This document shows, piece by piece, positions 1 through 11,474 of a stretch of 64,000 nt of DNA. Position numbers and translations under genes: made by a program. The notes under the pieces are model-generated. The model had not been told where the DNA came from. It ran no database searches and saw nothing but the letters and a program-made list of their open reading frames with translations. Positions within the stretch are counted from its first letter, which is position 1, and each line of letters starts with the position of its first letter. Source of the stretch: an uncultured Bacilli bacterium (GTDB taxonomy: Bacteria > Bacillota_I > Bacilli_A > ML615J-28 > CAG-313); assembly GCA_934133195.1 (NCBI GenBank), contig CAKPAZ010000001.1, forward strand, positions 17,267-81,266, read 5' to 3'.

Positions 1-431
1 CATATTCCGGAAGTTTCGTTACTGCAGGTGAATATGGTACAAACACAAGTAAGCGTATCAACTATACCGCTATCAATAACGAAAAACCTGATGTTATCTT
101 AATCTATATGGGAACTAACGATTGTGGTAGTCGAGTTAGTGAAAGAAGATTCTATGAAGAGTATAAAATAATGCTTGACAACTTAAAATTCTTATGTCCG
201 GATGCGGAAATAATCGCATGTACATTACCTACATCAATATGCTATGGATCGGAAGATCAAGCGGCTTATAATACAGCTATCTACAATGCGGCAGATGAAC
301 TAGGTGTTCGTGTAATCGATATGAGTGATGTCAATCTTCGTTCTTCATTAATTGATTCTGCCCATCCAACATATGCTGGTATGACGCTTATTGCTAATAA
401 ATTAATTAGTGAACTTACATCTAATGAATAA
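1..431 (+). CDS. SGNH/GDSL-family hydrolase, C-terminal part (5' end outside window)
   Basis: The frame of ORF 108..431 stays open back to base 3. It contains DVILIYMGTNDC (GxND block) and a C-terminal DSAH (DxxH block) typical of SGNH hydrolases. Confidence 0.6.
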   Translation, partial: YSGSFVTAGEYGTNTSKRINYTAINNEKPDVILIYMGTNDCGSRVSERRFYEEYKIMLDNLKFLCPDAEIIACTLPTSICYGSEDQAAYNTAIYNAADELGVRVIDMSDVNLRSSLIDSAHPTYAGMTLIANKLISELTSNE

Positions 432-437
432 CGCATT

Positions 438-466
438 AAATAGACCTTTCGAGGTCTATTTTTGTT
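438..466 (+). terminator. Rho-independent terminator
   Basis: Hairpin TAGACCTttcgAGGTCTA followed by TTTTTG, directly after the stop codon at 431. Confidence 0.6.
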
Positions 467-497
467 TATTCTTCATATAATTACTTAGGTGAATAAT

Positions 498-707
498 ATG
501 GCTCTTAATGATCTTTTAAAACCAAGTATCAAGGTTTATGAAAACTCGGTTGTTATTATTAATAACTATCATGCTTTAAACGACTATACCAAAGAAAAAA
601 TCATTGTTGACAAATATGAAATAAGTGGGAATAACCTAATTATCAAATCAATGGATGAACAAATGGTAAAAATTGATGGGGAAATTAAAGAAATTAAATT
701 TATTTAA
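498..707 (+). CDS. yqfC: Sporulation protein YqfC (YabP family)
   Basis: Small protein directly upstream of and overlapping yqfD, as in Bacillus. AGGTGA lies 6 nt before the ATG at 498; the track starts at a GTG at 489 inside that RBS. Confidence 0.55.
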   Translation: MALNDLLKPSIKVYENSVVIINNYHALNDYTKEKIIVDKYEISGNNLIIKSMDEQMVKIDGEIKEIKFI

Positions 708-1827
708 AAAGTTTTACCCTTATAAGGTTATTACCACCAAAGGAGTACTATTAAAATATCCTAAGTTTAAAGCTTACTATTTAACAGAAACTAACGATCA
801 TCTAGAGTTTTATACCACCAAAAAAGGAATTATTCCTTTTTTAAATGATGAAGAAGTGGAAATTAAAAATAATTATCAAGACTTTTTTACGAAAATAATT
901 AAGAAAAATATCTTATTGATTATTTCCCTTTTTTTAATCTTTGTTTTGTTTATTATTTCGAGTAATTACATTAGAGAAATCTCCTTTTTAAATCCTGATA
1001 CTTATGACTATGATATCTATGAAGATGTCAAAAAACACCTAAAAAAACATCCAATTGGATATACCTTAGATGTTAGTGTGAATGAATTAAACCATGAACT
1101 AAGAAGAAGTTATCCCCATTTTACCTATATTGGAGCTTCAAAACTTTCCTCAAAAATTATCATTGAAATTGTTACTGAGAAGATTCCTAAGGTTGATTTA
1201 ACCAACAAATCAGAAAAAGGCGATATCATATCATCATTTGATGGTTATATTGTCGGAATTAGTTCCAAAAAAGGAATTGTCAATGTTACCTCATCCCAAA
1301 GTGTCAAAAAAGGTGATCTGTTAATTTCTGGGAACTTAAACTATCCGACCAATCCGAGTGACGTAACCAACTATGTTCACGCGGAAGGATTAATCTTAGG
1401 CCATGTGGTAACCTATGAAAAGATTAAAGTTTTAAAAGAACAAACGGAATTCGTTTATTCTGGTTCTTCAAAATCATATTTTGTCATAAGTTTTTTAGAC
1501 AAAGCCTTAAAAACCAATAAACAAACATTTAATAATGTTGGTCACAGTCGGATGGATAAGGTATTTAATCTTGGTAATATTTTTTCCATTAGAAAACAAA
1601 CTGACTATGAAAAAGTAGAAGCTGTGATTACCTATAATGAAGATGAAGCTATCAAGTATGCACTATCGAAAGTAAAATATGATTTTCTCCATTTTAGAGT
1701 CTCTAATAAAGAGTATATTCATTATATTAACTTAATTGAAACTATTGAATATGATGAATATTTTGAAGTAACATTTATTATGAAGACTACTAGAAGTATG
1801 GGAAAATTTGAAAAAAAGCTAAGTTAA
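673..1827 (+). CDS. yqfD: Stage IV sporulation protein YqfD
   Basis: 384 aa with a single TM helix near residue 90 (ILLIISLFLIFVLFIISS). Size and position after yqfC match the YqfD family. Confidence 0.6.
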   Translation: MMGKLKKLNLFKKFYPYKVITTKGVLLKYPKFKAYYLTETNDHLEFYTTKKGIIPFLNDEEVEIKNNYQDFFTKIIKKNILLIISLFLIFVLFIISSNYIREISFLNPDTYDYDIYEDVKKHLKKHPIGYTLDVSVNELNHELRRSYPHFTYIGASKLSSKIIIEIVTEKIPKVDLTNKSEKGDIISSFDGYIVGISSKKGIVNVTSSQSVKKGDLLISGNLNYPTNPSDVTNYVHAEGLILGHVVTYEKIKVLKEQTEFVYSGSSKSYFVISFLDKALKTNKQTFNNVGHSRMDKVFNLGNIFSIRKQTDYEKVEAVITYNEDEAIKYALSKVKYDFLHFRVSNKEYIHYINLIETIEYDEYFEVTFIMKTTRSMGKFEKKLS

Positions 1828-1978
1828 AATCATAAATAATTAATTTAAAGAATTATCTAAAAATAAAGTTTAAAATAATTTTAAGCTATATTTGGGGATA
1901 ATTCTTTTTTCTTTATGATTATTTCCGTTAAACATTTAAATTTTTTCATAATTTACTTTAATTTTTTTATAAAATCTA

Positions 1979-2007
1979 TTGACAAATAAAATTTTCTTTG
2001 GTATAAT
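1979..2007 (+). promoter_or_regulatory. SigA-type promoter of glyQS
   Basis: TTGACA, 17 nt spacer, TATAAT: a perfect consensus about 75 nt upstream of the start codon. Confidence 0.55.
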
Positions 2008-2083
2008 AAGACAGTTAAATAGTATATAATGGAGTAGAATCCATAAATACCCGAATTACTAGAGTGAAAGTTGGTGTAAAATT

Positions 2084-3451
2084 ATGATGACAATGGAAAA
2101 ATTCGTAAACTATTTAAAACAATATGGCTTTGTATATCAAGGTAGTGAAATCTATGGTGGCCTTTCTAATTCATGGGATTTTGGCCCTCTTGGAGTTGAA
2201 CTAAAAAACAACATCAAGAAAGCTTGGTGGAAAGCCTTTGTTCAATCTTGTCCTAATAATGTAGGTCTTGATGCGGCTATCTTAATGAATCCAGAAACTT
2301 GGGTTGCGAGCGGTCACGTTGGTGGATTCTCTGATCCTCTAATCGATTGTAAGAATTGTGGTACAAGACATCGTGCTGACAAATTAATCGAAGAGTATAC
2401 TCATGGTGAAATTACTGGTGATGGCTGGGATAACGAAAAACTTTATAATTATTTAGTTGAACATAAAATTGCTTGCCCTGATTGTGGTAGCACCAACTTT
2501 ACGCCTATTCGTAAATTTAATTTAATGTTCCAAACTCACATTGGTGTTGTTGATGATAGTAAGAGTTTAGTTTACTTACGTCCTGAAACAGCTCAAGGTA
2601 TCTTTGTAAACTTTAAAAATGTTCAAAGAACCTCTCGTAAGAAAGTCCCATTTGGTATTGGTCAAATTGGTAAGAGCTTCCGTAATGAAATTACTCCTGG
2701 TAACTTCATCTTCAGAATCCGTGAATTTGAACAAATGGAACTTGAATTCTTCTGTAAACCAGGAACTGACCTTGAATGGTTTAATTACTGGCGTAAGTAT
2801 TGTCTTGATTTCTTACATAACATCGGCTTAAAAGATGAACTAGTAAGAACAAGAGATCACGCGAAAGAAGAATTATGTTTCTACTCAAAAGCAACTACTG
2901 ATATTGAATTTAAGTATCTATTTGGTTGGGGTGAACTTTGGGGTATCGCTGATAGAACTGACTATGACTTAAAAGTTCATCAAGAACACTCAGGAGAAAA
3001 TCTTGAATACTTAGATCCTGAAACTAACCAAAAATACTTACCATACGTAATTGAACCAAGTCTTGGCGTTGAAAGATTACTACTTGCGGTACTAACTAGT
3101 GCCTATGAAGAAGAAACTCTTCCTGATGGTGATGTTCGTGATGTTCTTCATCTTGATCCAAAACTTGCACCAGTAAAAGTTGCAGTTTTACCGCTTGTAA
3201 ATAAACTAAATGATAAAGCAACAGAAGTATACCAAAAGTTATCTCAAGAATTTAACTGTGAATATGATACAAGTGGTAAGATTGGAAAAAGATATCGCCG
3301 TCAAGATGCAATTGGTACTCCATTCTGCGTAACTGTTGATTTTGATACTTTAGAAGATGAAACTGTAACCGTTCGTGATCGTGATACCATGGAACAATTC
3401 CGTATCAAAATCAGTGAACTTGAAGAATTCATTAGTAAAAAACTTAAATAG
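2084..3451 (+). CDS. glyQS: Glycine--tRNA ligase (single-chain GlyQS type)
   Basis: [31 protein letters not shown]-terminus, class II motifs, 455 aa. The true start may be the third Met at 2093. Confidence 0.95.
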   Translation: MMTMEKFVNYLKQYGFVYQGSEIYGGLSNSWDFGPLGVELKNNIKKAWWKAFVQSCPNNVGLDAAILMNPETWVASGHVGGFSDPLIDCKNCGTRHRADKLIEEYTHGEITGDGWDNEKLYNYLVEHKIACPDCGSTNFTPIRKFNLMFQTHIGVVDDSKSLVYLRPETAQGIFVNFKNVQRTSRKKVPFGIGQIGKSFRNEITPGNFIFRIREFEQMELEFFCKPGTDLEWFNYWRKYCLDFLHNIGLKDELVRTRDHAKEELCFYSKATTDIEFKYLFGWGELWGIADRTDYDLKVHQEHSGENLEYLDPETNQKYLPYVIEPSLGVERLLLAVLTSAYEEETLPDGDVRDVLHLDPKLAPVKVAVLPLVNKLNDKATEVYQKLSQEFNCEYDTSGKIGKRYRRQDAIGTPFCVTVDFDTLEDETVTVRDRDTMEQFRIKISELEEFISKKLK

Positions 3452-3501
3452 AGTATAATAAATATTAAAATATTATTAATAATTAATTAAAGGAGGGTTA
3501 A

Positions 3502-5337
3502 ATGATTCCAAAATCTGTAACGAAACAAGTTATTGATGCTACCGATATTGTCGAAGTAATCGGCGAATATGTGACGTTAAAGAAAAAAGGAACAAGTTAT
3601 TTTGGACTTTGTCCTTTCCACGATGACAAAAACCCTTCTATGAGTGTCAGTGGTGAAAAAAAGATTTTCAATTGTTTCAGCTGTGGAACTAAAGGTAATG
3701 TAATTTACTTTGTCGCAAAACACGATAATCTAACAATGGAACAAGCGACAATCAAACTCGCCAAACGAGCAGGCATTAAAATTGATGATTCCTTAACTTT
3801 AGAGGATGCAAAGAAAACTAGATTATATAATTTGATGAGTGAAGCCTACAACTTTTATCGTTTCTACTTGTATAGTAGCGAAGAAGGTCGTGTAGCGCTT
3901 GAGTATTTAAAAAGAAGAGGCATTACCGATAAAGAAATCGATGAATTCAAGATAGGCCTTGCTCCTAAAGCCTTGAATTACCTAAATCAAGCATTATCAA
4001 AAAAAGGTTACACTAACCTTGACCAGTTGGAACTTGGATTAATAAAGGATGACAATGGTCAAGTACGTGATGTATTTAGAGACCGTATTATGTTTTCCAT
4101 TTGTAACCCAAGTGGACAGATTGTCGGTTTCAGTGGTCGTATCTATGAAACTTCAGATCAAGCTAAGTACATCAACTCAACGGAAAACTATATTTTCCAT
4201 AAGGCAGAACTTTTGTATCACTACCATGAAGCAAGCCTTGAAATTAGAAAATTAAATCAAGCCTTTATTTTTGAAGGATTTATGGATATTATCGCTGTAA
4301 ATCACGCGGGAATCAAAAATTCTGTCGCAACCATGGGTACAGCTTTAAGTAAAGAACATATCAAGTTAATTACCGATTTAACAAAAAATGTTGTCTTATT
4401 CTTTGATGGCGATGAAGCCGGAATAAAAGCTATGAAACGCTCAGCCGGAATGTTTTCAAGTATGTCCATCATTCCAAATGCGGTAATGCTACCTGATAAT
4501 TTAGACCCTGATGAATATATTACAAAATATGGAGCAATAAAATTTCAAGAATATGTTCAAAATAATATGAAGAACGTTTATTTGGTACTTTATCAAAATG
4601 CTCTAAAGAAAGTATTCTTAGGCGATTTTACAACCGTTCAAACCTTTAAAAATGAAGTTGTTGAATTAATGAGAATGGCAAGAAGTGAAGTAATAACTAA
4701 TTACTTCCTTAATCAAATGGCAAGTGACCTTAAAGTTGATGTCGCAAACTTAAAGAGTGAAATTGATAACTTAGTTGATTATCACTATACACCAGTCTTT
4801 GATGAACCAACAGCACCAAAAGAAGTAAGTGCGGAAATCCCCCTAAAGAAGAAAAAGATTGTTAAGATTACTCCTAAGGTTGTAATTGCTTACAATACCA
4901 TTATTAAATTTAGTGTTGGCTCTAAAGATTTATTTACAAGCGCCTTTTTAGAAATCGCAAGAGATGATATGATTAGGTATCCAGGCTCATCTTTGATAGG
5001 ACAATTTGATTTATTGTATGTAATATGCCAATTCTATAGTGACTTTGGCGATAAGGAAGGCATAGGGGAAGATAAATTCTATGAATTATTAAAAGATAAA
5101 CCAGATAGTTTAAAACTTGCAAAAGCTATCTTTAGTGATTCATTCATTGATACCAAAAATCAACAATTATTTAAAGATAGTTTACTTACAATTAAAGATT
5201 ATTTTATTAAATTAGATAATGCTGCCTCATATAATGCTGCGTTATTTGGTTTAGATGGTGAAGATAATAAAAATGTTAATGATTTTATGGAATTAAATAA
5301 AATTCAGAAAAAAATCGTCAACGAGGAGGATTTTTAA
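3502..5337 (+). CDS. dnaG: DNA primase
   Basis: Zinc-ribbon [20 protein letters not shown], Toprim EGFMD..DGDEAG, RBS AAAGGAGGG. Confidence 0.95.
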   Translation: MIPKSVTKQVIDATDIVEVIGEYVTLKKKGTSYFGLCPFHDDKNPSMSVSGEKKIFNCFSCGTKGNVIYFVAKHDNLTMEQATIKLAKRAGIKIDDSLTLEDAKKTRLYNLMSEAYNFYRFYLYSSEEGRVALEYLKRRGITDKEIDEFKIGLAPKALNYLNQALSKKGYTNLDQLELGLIKDDNGQVRDVFRDRIMFSICNPSGQIVGFSGRIYETSDQAKYINSTENYIFHKAELLYHYHEASLEIRKLNQAFIFEGFMDIIAVNHAGIKNSVATMGTALSKEHIKLITDLTKNVVLFFDGDEAGIKAMKRSAGMFSSMSIIPNAVMLPDNLDPDEYITKYGAIKFQEYVQNNMKNVYLVLYQNALKKVFLGDFTTVQTFKNEVVELMRMARSEVITNYFLNQMASDLKVDVANLKSEIDNLVDYHYTPVFDEPTAPKEVSAEIPLKKKKIVKITPKVVIAYNTIIKFSVGSKDLFTSAFLEIARDDMIRYPGSSLIGQFDLLYVICQFYSDFGDKEGIGEDKFYELLKDKPDSLKLAKAIFSDSFIDTKNQQLFKDSLLTIKDYFIKLDNAASYNAALFGLDGEDNKNVNDFMELNKIQKKIVNEEDF

Positions 5338-6602
5338 TGTTAGACGAAGTATTATATAAAGATAAACTAGATGCGTTAAAAGATTTTGCAAAGAAAAAAG
5401 GTTATATTCCTCTTTCAAAAATAACCGAAATAATGGAAAATCCTAATGATGAATTACTAGATGAAGTTGTTGAATATCTAGAAAACTGTGACATCGAAGT
5501 AACAAGAGAAAGTGAAGAAGTACCTGATGATGAAGCATTACTTGCTGATGATTCTGATGATGATTTTGAAGCTTTCTTAGAAGATGAAGATAACGCTGAA
5601 GAACTAGAAGAATTAACAGCAGCAGTTGAAAGTGAAATCAAAGTTTCTGACTTTGAAGATTTCATTGGTACATCTCATCAAGCTGATGATCCGGTAAAAA
5701 TGTATTTACGTGACATTGGTCAAATTGAACTTTTAACTACAACTCAAGAATCTGAGTATGCCAGAATGGTTCAAGAAGGCTTAATGTGTAAAGAAAAAAT
5801 TGAAACTTACAAAAAGTTAGGTAAAGAAATTAGTCCCGAAGAACTTGCAACTCTAAATGAAAAAATTCAAATGGGTAATGAAGCAAGAGATATCTTAATT
5901 GAATCTAACTTACGTCTTGTTGTATTTAATGCGAAAAAATATTTTGGTCGTGGACTTCCTTTTCTTGATTTAATTCAAGAAGGTAACATGGGATTAATCA
6001 AAGCAGTTTACAAATTTGACCCAACTAAAGGCTTTAAATTTGCAACCTACGCAACATGGTGGATTAAACAATCAATCACCAGAGCGATTGCTGATCAAGG
6101 TCGTACCATCCGTATCCCTGTTCACATGGTTGAAACAATCAACAAACTTGGTCGTACAACCCGTCGTTTAACCCAAGAAAAACGTCGTGAACCTACCCCT
6201 GAGGAAATCGCTGCCGAAATGAAAATTTCTGTTGAAAAGGTTCAACAAATCCAACGTATTGCACAAGAACCAATTTCCTTTGATTCAACAGTCGGTGAAG
6301 AAGATGATTCAAGTCTAGGTGATTTCATTGCGGATACCGAAAATCAAAATCCACTTGAGTATACTCAATACAAACTATATCGTGAAGAGATTGATGCTGT
6401 TCTTCAAACTCTTACTCCACGTGAAGAAAAAGTAATCCGTCTTCGTTATGGTCTTGATGACAACCATCCTCGTACACTTGAAGAAGTAGGACGTGAATTC
6501 AATGTTACTCGTGAAAGAATCAGACAAATTGAAGCGAAAGCTATTCGTCGTCTTCGTCATCCATCAAGATTAAAACGTCTTGAACGTCATAGAGTAAAAT
6601 AA
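5337..6602 (+). CDS. sigA: Primary RNA polymerase sigma factor
   Basis: Acidic N-terminal region, [18 protein letters not shown] (region 2), and region 4 [21 protein letters not shown]. Follows dnaG as in the Bacillus operon. Confidence 0.95.
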   Translation: MLDEVLYKDKLDALKDFAKKKGYIPLSKITEIMENPNDELLDEVVEYLENCDIEVTRESEEVPDDEALLADDSDDDFEAFLEDEDNAEELEELTAAVESEIKVSDFEDFIGTSHQADDPVKMYLRDIGQIELLTTTQESEYARMVQEGLMCKEKIETYKKLGKEISPEELATLNEKIQMGNEARDILIESNLRLVVFNAKKYFGRGLPFLDLIQEGNMGLIKAVYKFDPTKGFKFATYATWWIKQSITRAIADQGRTIRIPVHMVETINKLGRTTRRLTQEKRREPTPEEIAAEMKISVEKVQQIQRIAQEPISFDSTVGEEDDSSLGDFIADTENQNPLEYTQYKLYREEIDAVLQTLTPREEKVIRLRYGLDDNHPRTLEEVGREFNVTRERIRQIEAKAIRRLRHPSRLKRLERHRVK

Positions 6603-7258
6603 TGAATAACCAAAGATTAAACAAAATCTTGAATTTAATTAATATCCATGATTGTGTTGCTGATATCGGCACCGATCATGGATATCTTCTTATTGGTTGC
6701 ATGGAGAAAGGCCTAAAGTTTTGTCAAGGAGTAGAAAACAAACTTGGTCCTTACTTAGTAGCAGAGGCCAACTTAAATAATTATATTCAAGAAGGAAGAA
6801 TAAAATTATCTTTAAGTGATGGTTTAAAAGATCTTGATGATTTAATTGATACTGTTGTAATCGCCGGGATGGGGGGAGAACTAATATCAAGAATCATTGA
6901 TGAATCAATTAATAAAGCTAAAACATTAAAAAGATTAATCTTAGAACCAAATGTCAGAAATTATGAACTAAGAAAATACTTAAATCTAAATGGATTTACC
7001 ATTCTTAATGAAGAAATCATAAGTGATAATTATAAATATTATGAAATCATTGAAACAAGATTTACTAATTCCATACCTTCATTAACGGAAAATGAATTAT
7101 TGTTTGGTCCCATCCTAATGAAAAAAAGAGATCCTATATTTATTAATAAATGGCAAACTAAACTAAAAGAATACGAAAATATCAAAAATACATCAACTAA
7201 AAATCTACCAAAAATCGATGAAATGATTGAAAGAATCAAGGAGGTTATCCATGACTAA
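6602..7258 (+). CDS. trmK: tRNA (adenine22-N1)-methyltransferase TrmK
   Basis: VADIGTDHGYL SAM-binding motif and VIAGMGGELI. Position after sigA is as for B. subtilis yqfN. Confidence 0.8.
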   Translation: MNNQRLNKILNLINIHDCVADIGTDHGYLLIGCMEKGLKFCQGVENKLGPYLVAEANLNNYIQEGRIKLSLSDGLKDLDDLIDTVVIAGMGGELISRIIDESINKAKTLKRLILEPNVRNYELRKYLNLNGFTILNEEIISDNYKYYEIIETRFTNSIPSLTENELLFGPILMKKRDPIFINKWQTKLKEYENIKNTSTKNLPKIDEMIERIKEVIHD

Positions 7259-8033
7259 AGTAAAAGATATAACAAATTATTTATTAAATAAATATCCTTT
7301 AAACCTTGCTAGTAGTTTTGACTTAGGTAAGGTAGGACTACAATTTGGAAGTTTAAACCAAGAAGTAAAGAAAGTAATGATTGCTTTAGATGGTTCAACT
7401 AAAGTTATTGATGAGGCTATCATGAATGATACTGACTTATTAATTACTCATCATCCGTTTATGTTTAATAGTATGCTATCAATGGATTATGATAATCCGC
7501 TTCAAGAAAGAATTCGAAAGGTTATCAAAAATGATTTAAATGTTTTTTCAATGCATACTAACTTTGATGTTGCTGAAGGAGGAATGAATGAAATTTTAGC
7601 CGAAAGACTAGGATTAAAAAACATTCATTTTGTTGGTGATACAATAAATAATGAATCATTCATCAGAATTGGCGAAGTAGATGACATCACTTTGGCTGAC
7701 TTTTTAGATGTTGTAAAAACAAAACTTAAAGTTGATGGTTTAAGATATACCGGTAACTTAAATAAAAAAATCCACAAGGTTGGTATCCTTGCGGGGTCTG
7801 GTGGCTTTGAACTATATCTTGCATCTCGCCTTCATTGTGATGCCTTTATCACTGGAGAAGTAAAACACAATCAAGCCCTTGATGCGGTTGACTTAAACTT
7901 AAGTTTAATTGAAGTATCACATGCAGTAGAAAGATTATTTAAGGAAAAAGTCAAAGAAGAACTTGAAAGAGAATTTCCAAATGTAACTTTCCTTCTTGCT
8001 TTAAATGACACTGATCCATTAAAAATAAAATAG
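7251..8033 (+). CDS. Nif3-like dinuclear metal centre protein (YqfO family)
   Basis: LLITHHPFMF and MHTNFD motifs. AGGAGG precedes the ATG at 7251; the track start at 7227 lies inside trmK. Confidence 0.85.
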   Translation: MTKVKDITNYLLNKYPLNLASSFDLGKVGLQFGSLNQEVKKVMIALDGSTKVIDEAIMNDTDLLITHHPFMFNSMLSMDYDNPLQERIRKVIKNDLNVFSMHTNFDVAEGGMNEILAERLGLKNIHFVGDTINNESFIRIGEVDDITLADFLDVVKTKLKVDGLRYTGNLNKKIHKVGILAGSGGFELYLASRLHCDAFITGEVKHNQALDAVDLNLSLIEVSHAVERLFKEKVKEELEREFPNVTFLLALNDTDPLKIK

Positions 8034-8057
8034 TCTAGGAATTCCTAGACTATTTTT
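8031..8057. terminator. Bidirectional terminator between the nif3-like gene and the ferredoxin gene
   Basis: Palindrome TAGTCTAGGAATTCCTAGACTA followed by TTTTTG. Confidence 0.6.
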
Positions 8058-8066
8058 GTTTCTAAA

Positions 8067-8234
8067 TTATTCTTCAACAATTGCACCAACTGGGCAAGCT
8101 TCTTGGCAAGCGCCACAGTCAACACATTGACTTGCATCGATAACATAGATATCGCCTTCAGAAATACATCCAACAGGGCATTCTCCAGCACATGTACCAC
8201 AAGCAAGACATGCATCAGTAATTAATCTTGGCAT
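8067..8234 (-). CDS. 2x[4Fe-4S] ferredoxin (55 aa, below the ORF-track size cut-off)
   Basis: Hand translation gives MPRLITDACLACGTCAGECPVGCISEGDIYVIDASQCVDCGACQEACPVGAIVEE, with two CxxCxxCxxxCP motifs. GGAGGT lies 8 nt upstream of the ATG. Confidence 0.85.
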   Translation of the reverse strand: MPRLITDACLACGTCAGECPVGCISEGDIYVIDASQCVDCGACQEACPVGAIVEE

Positions 8235-8270
8235 AATAATTTACCTCCATGTTTCATTATTAACGATAGA

Positions 8271-8299
8271 ATTATAATATAATTTGATTTTTTTTGCAA
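8271..8299 (-). promoter_or_regulatory. SigA-type promoter of the ferredoxin gene
   Basis: On the minus strand: TTGCAA, 17 nt spacer, TATAAT. Confidence 0.5.
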
Positions 8300-8347
8300 C
8301 AATATGACTTAAAAAAATAAGCTTTTAAAATGCAAATTTCAAATAAC

Positions 8348-8376
8348 TTGAAAAGAAATTGACATTTTGATATAAT
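8348..8376 (+). promoter_or_regulatory. SigA-type promoter of the yneF-like gene
   Basis: TTGAAA, 17 nt spacer, TATAAT. Confidence 0.5.
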
Positions 8377-8410
8377 ATTACTTGTAAAAAATGAAAAGGA
8401 GATATGAAAT

Positions 8411-8632
8411 ATGGTTGCATGGTATTGGCTACTAATATGTGGAATCTTATGCTTAATAATTGGTTTTATTATTGGATTCTTTGTTATTAGACATGTATTT
8501 ACAAAACAAATTGAAAACAATCCTCCAATTAATAAGGAAATGATTCGTGCGATGTTCTTAGAAATGGGACGTAAACCATCTGAAAGAGATATTAATCGCG
8601 TTATTAATCGTATGAATCAATATAAAAAATAA
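8411..8632 (+). CDS. yneF: UPF0154 small membrane protein (YneF family)
   Basis: One N-terminal TM helix then ...NPPINKEMIRAMFLEMGRKPSE..., typical of YneF. Neighbourhood with plsY and parEC is as in Bacillus. Confidence 0.7.
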   Translation: MVAWYWLLICGILCLIIGFIIGFFVIRHVFTKQIENNPPINKEMIRAMFLEMGRKPSERDINRVINRMNQYKK

Positions 8633-8648
8633 TGATATGAAAAAAAGT

Positions 8649-9305
8649 CTACTCATCAGTAGGCTTTTTTCTTTTATTCAAAATATAAACTTTATTTTCG
8701 GTATGCTTGATTAATCTTTTGATGTTAGGAATATGACTAATGTATAAGAAACAAAAAGCAAAAGCCATAACACCAACAAAGACAAAATCAATGCTACCAC
8801 CAAATGGAATAAACGATGTTAAGAAACCAATGGTTACGGCGGATAATGAACTTAAGGAAATATAGTTTGAAAGCTTTAATACAACAAAGAAAGTAACAAA
8901 AGCAAACAAGAAGACGATAGGGTTATAAGCTAGGACAATCCCGGCACAACATGATACGCCTTTACCACCTCTAAATGAAGCAAAGATAGGAAACATGTGA
9001 CCAACTAAAGCAACTAAACCATAGATTAAAGGATGAATTTTTAAAACCATCCAGTCAAGCGTATAATCAAGAAGTCCAACTCTAAATAGCAAGATCACAA
9101 CACTAGCTTTTAGCGCATCAAGAACAAATACTAAAAGTCCATACTTAAAACCTAGAACTCTTAAAACATTAGTTGCTCCCATATTTTTACTTCCATAGTC
9201 TCTAATATCAATACCTTTAAATAGTCGACTTACGATTAAAGCCCAAGGAATTGACCCCATTAAATAGGAAAATATCAATAATAAAATAGGTACAATAATT
9301 CCCAT
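8649..9305 (-). CDS. plsY: Glycerol-3-phosphate acyltransferase PlsY
   Basis: GSIPWALIVSRL..DIRDYGSKNMGATNVLR and FRGGKGV motifs. The second Met at 9305 is preferred because GGTGGTGA lies upstream of it. Confidence 0.9.
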   Translation of the reverse strand: MGIIVPILLLIFSYLMGSIPWALIVSRLFKGIDIRDYGSKNMGATNVLRVLGFKYGLLVFVLDALKASVVILLFRVGLLDYTLDWMVLKIHPLIYGLVALVGHMFPIFASFRGGKGVSCCAGIVLAYNPIVFLFAFVTFFVVLKLSNYISLSSLSAVTIGFLTSFIPFGGSIDFVFVGVMAFAFCFLYISHIPNIKRLIKHTENKVYILNKRKKPTDE

Positions 9306-9453
9306 ATCATCACCACCCATATATGGTGTATTATACTAACAAGTATTAAAAATTTCTACATATTTACTTTAAAAAAAGGGGTATAAAAACAATGTAGAAC
9401 TTTGTCGATTACCAAAAAATATAAGTAAAATAAAGCTTTTTTATGCTTTTTGC

Positions 9454-9482
9454 TTGCAATAACTTAAAAAATATGGTAAAAT
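9454..9482 (+). promoter_or_regulatory. SigA-type promoter of parE-parC
   Basis: TTGCAA, 17 nt spacer, TAAAAT, with a TG extended -10 element. Confidence 0.45.
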
Positions 9483-9503
9483 AAGAAAAAAGGATAAGAA
9501 AGG

Positions 9504-11474
9504 GTGATTAATGTGGCAGAAACAAAAAACCGCACCAACGTTTATGATGAGAGTTCCATTCAGGTACTTCAAGGATTAGAGGCCGTACGTAAACGTCCAG
9601 GTATGTACATTGGCTCAACTGATACAAGAGGTCTACACCATCTTGTATGGGAAATAGTTGATAACGCCATCGATGAAGCATTATCTGGTTATGGTACAAA
9701 GATTATAGTTAACATTTATCCTGATAATAGTATTGAAGTAATCGATAATGGCCGTGGTATTCCTACTGGTATGCATAAAACCGAAAAACTTCCAACTCCA
9801 CAAGTAATCTTTAATACTCTTCACTCTGGTGGTAAGTTTGATGCGAATGGTGGTTATAAGGTATCAAGTGGTCTACATGGCGTAGGTTCTAGTGTCGTTA
9901 ATGCTTTAAGTGAGTGGTTAACAGTTACAATCTATCGTGATGGTAAAATCTACAATCAAACCTACCGTAATGGTGGTAAGATTATTGAAAAACCTAAAAA
10001 CCTAGGTGAAACTAGAAGAACTGGTACAACGATTCATTTTAAACCAGATCCAAAGATTTTTTCAACAACCATCTTTGATTATAAAACGATTGCGAACAGA
10101 TTAAAAGAATCTGCATTCTTAATTAAGAACTTAAGAATAGAATTAAATGACCAAAGAACTGGTAAAAGTGATGTTTTCCACTATGAAAATGGTATAGTTG
10201 AATTCATTAAAGCCCTTATTGAAAATAAAAAGCCTATTCATGAGGTTGCATTCTTCCAAGGTACAATTTCAAAAATCCAAGTTGAAGTTGCAATTCAATA
10301 TTGTAAAGACTATTATAGTGAAAACCTTCTATCATTTGTTAATAATATTCGTACTCGTGATGGTGGTACTCATGAAATTGGTTTTAAAACAGGTTTAACT
10401 AGAGCTTTCAATGAACATGCAAGAATGATTGGGGCCTTAAAAGATCGTGATACTAATATTGAAGGTTCAATTATTAGACAAGGCTTGACAGCAATTCTTT
10501 CCGTTCGTATTCCTGAAGAATTGTTACAATTCGAAAGCCAAACTAAAAACAAACTAGGTACAGCTGAGGCTAAACCAGCAGTTGAACAAATTGTCTATGA
10601 ACAATTTAAATCATTCCTTGCTGAAAATGGTCAAATCTCTAATATCTTAGTAAATAACGCAATTAAGGCTGTTAAGGCTCAAGAAGCTGCTCGTAAAGCT
10701 TTAGATGACTATCGTCAAGTAACTAAGAAAATCTCCAAACCAGCTAACCTAATCGGTAAACTTACCCCTCCTCAAGAGAAAAATCCTCAAATCAATGAAT
10801 TATTCCTCGTTGAAGGTGACTCTGCCGGTGGCTCAGCGAAGAGTGGTCGTGATCGTACTTTCCAAGCTATCTTGCCACTGCGTGGTAAGGTATTAAATAC
10901 TGCGAAGAAAAAACTAGAAGAAATCTTAAGGAATGATGAAATTGTTTCCATCATCAATGCTATCGGTGGTGGATTTGGTAAAGACTTTGATATCACCAAA
11001 TCTAACTATCGCCGTATTATCATTATGACCGATGCCGATACCGATGGTGCTCACATTCAAATTCTATTACTTACTTTCTTCTTTAATTATATGCGACCAT
11101 TACTTGAAAATGGTTATGTTTATATTGCAACTCCACCTCTATACAAGTTAACCACCAAAAATGGTATTGAATATGCATGGACGGATGAAGAACTAAGAGA
11201 TAAAATTGGTAATCAAAAGAATGTTCAAATTCAACGTTACAAAGGACTAGGTGAAATGAACGCTGAACAACTATGGGAAACAACCATGGATCCAGCTAAT
11301 CGTACACTAATCCAAGTTGACATTGGTGAACTAGATGTTGCAGAAAATAGTGTAAATGTCTTAATGGGTGATGAAGTTGAACCACGTCGTGAATGGATTG
11401 AAGAAAATGTTGTCTTTGACTATGATGATAGTGGATTCACATTAGAAGAGGAAGGAGCAAATGGCGATGAGTAG
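9504..11474 (+). CDS. parE: DNA topoisomerase IV subunit B
   Basis: GHKL ATPase [13 protein letters not shown] and Toprim EGDSAGG motifs. Called ParE because the partner has ParC signatures and the plsY-parE-parC order matches Bacillus. The start may be the GTG at 9513. Confidence 0.85.
   Translation: MINVAETKNRTNVYDESSIQVLQGLEAVRKRPGMYIGSTDTRGLHHLVWEIVDNAIDEALSGYGTKIIVNIYPDNSIEVIDNGRGIPTGMHKTEKLPTPQVIFNTLHSGGKFDANGGYKVSSGLHGVGSSVVNALSEWLTVTIYRDGKIYNQTYRNGGKIIEKPKNLGETRRTGTTIHFKPDPKIFSTTIFDYKTIANRLKESAFLIKNLRIELNDQRTGKSDVFHYENGIVEFIKALIENKKPIHEVAFFQGTISKIQVEVAIQYCKDYYSENLLSFVNNIRTRDGGTHEIGFKTGLTRAFNEHARMIGALKDRDTNIEGSIIRQGLTAILSVRIPEELLQFESQTKNKLGTAEAKPAVEQIVYEQFKSFLAENGQISNILVNNAIKAVKAQEAARKALDDYRQVTKKISKPANLIGKLTPPQEKNPQINELFLVEGDSAGGSAKSGRDRTFQAILPLRGKVLNTAKKKLEEILRNDEIVSIINAIGGGFGKDFDITKSNYRRIIIMTDADTDGAHIQILLLTFFFNYMRPLLENGYVYIATPPLYKLTTKNGIEYAWTDEELRDKIGNQKNVQIQRYKGLGEMNAEQLWETTMDPANRTLIQVDIGELDVAENSVNVLMGDEVEPRREWIEENVVFDYDDSGFTLEEEGANGDE

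Noticed and set aside
1979-2083. T-box leaders upstream of glyQS (and of proS at 25601..25666), and riboswitches upstream of the transporter genes
   Set aside because: The leaders are only about 75 nt and 30 nt. I found no specifier-loop, T-box (AGGGTGGNACCGCG-like) or terminator/antiterminator elements, so these genes appear to lack T-box control. The valS leader lies outside the window.
9354-9399. 8-bp inverted repeat TTCTACAT / ATGTAGAA with a 30-nt loop in the divergent plsY/parE spacer
   Set aside because: The stem is short and AT-rich with a large loop. There is no T run, and no second copy was seen in the window, so it cannot be distinguished from chance.
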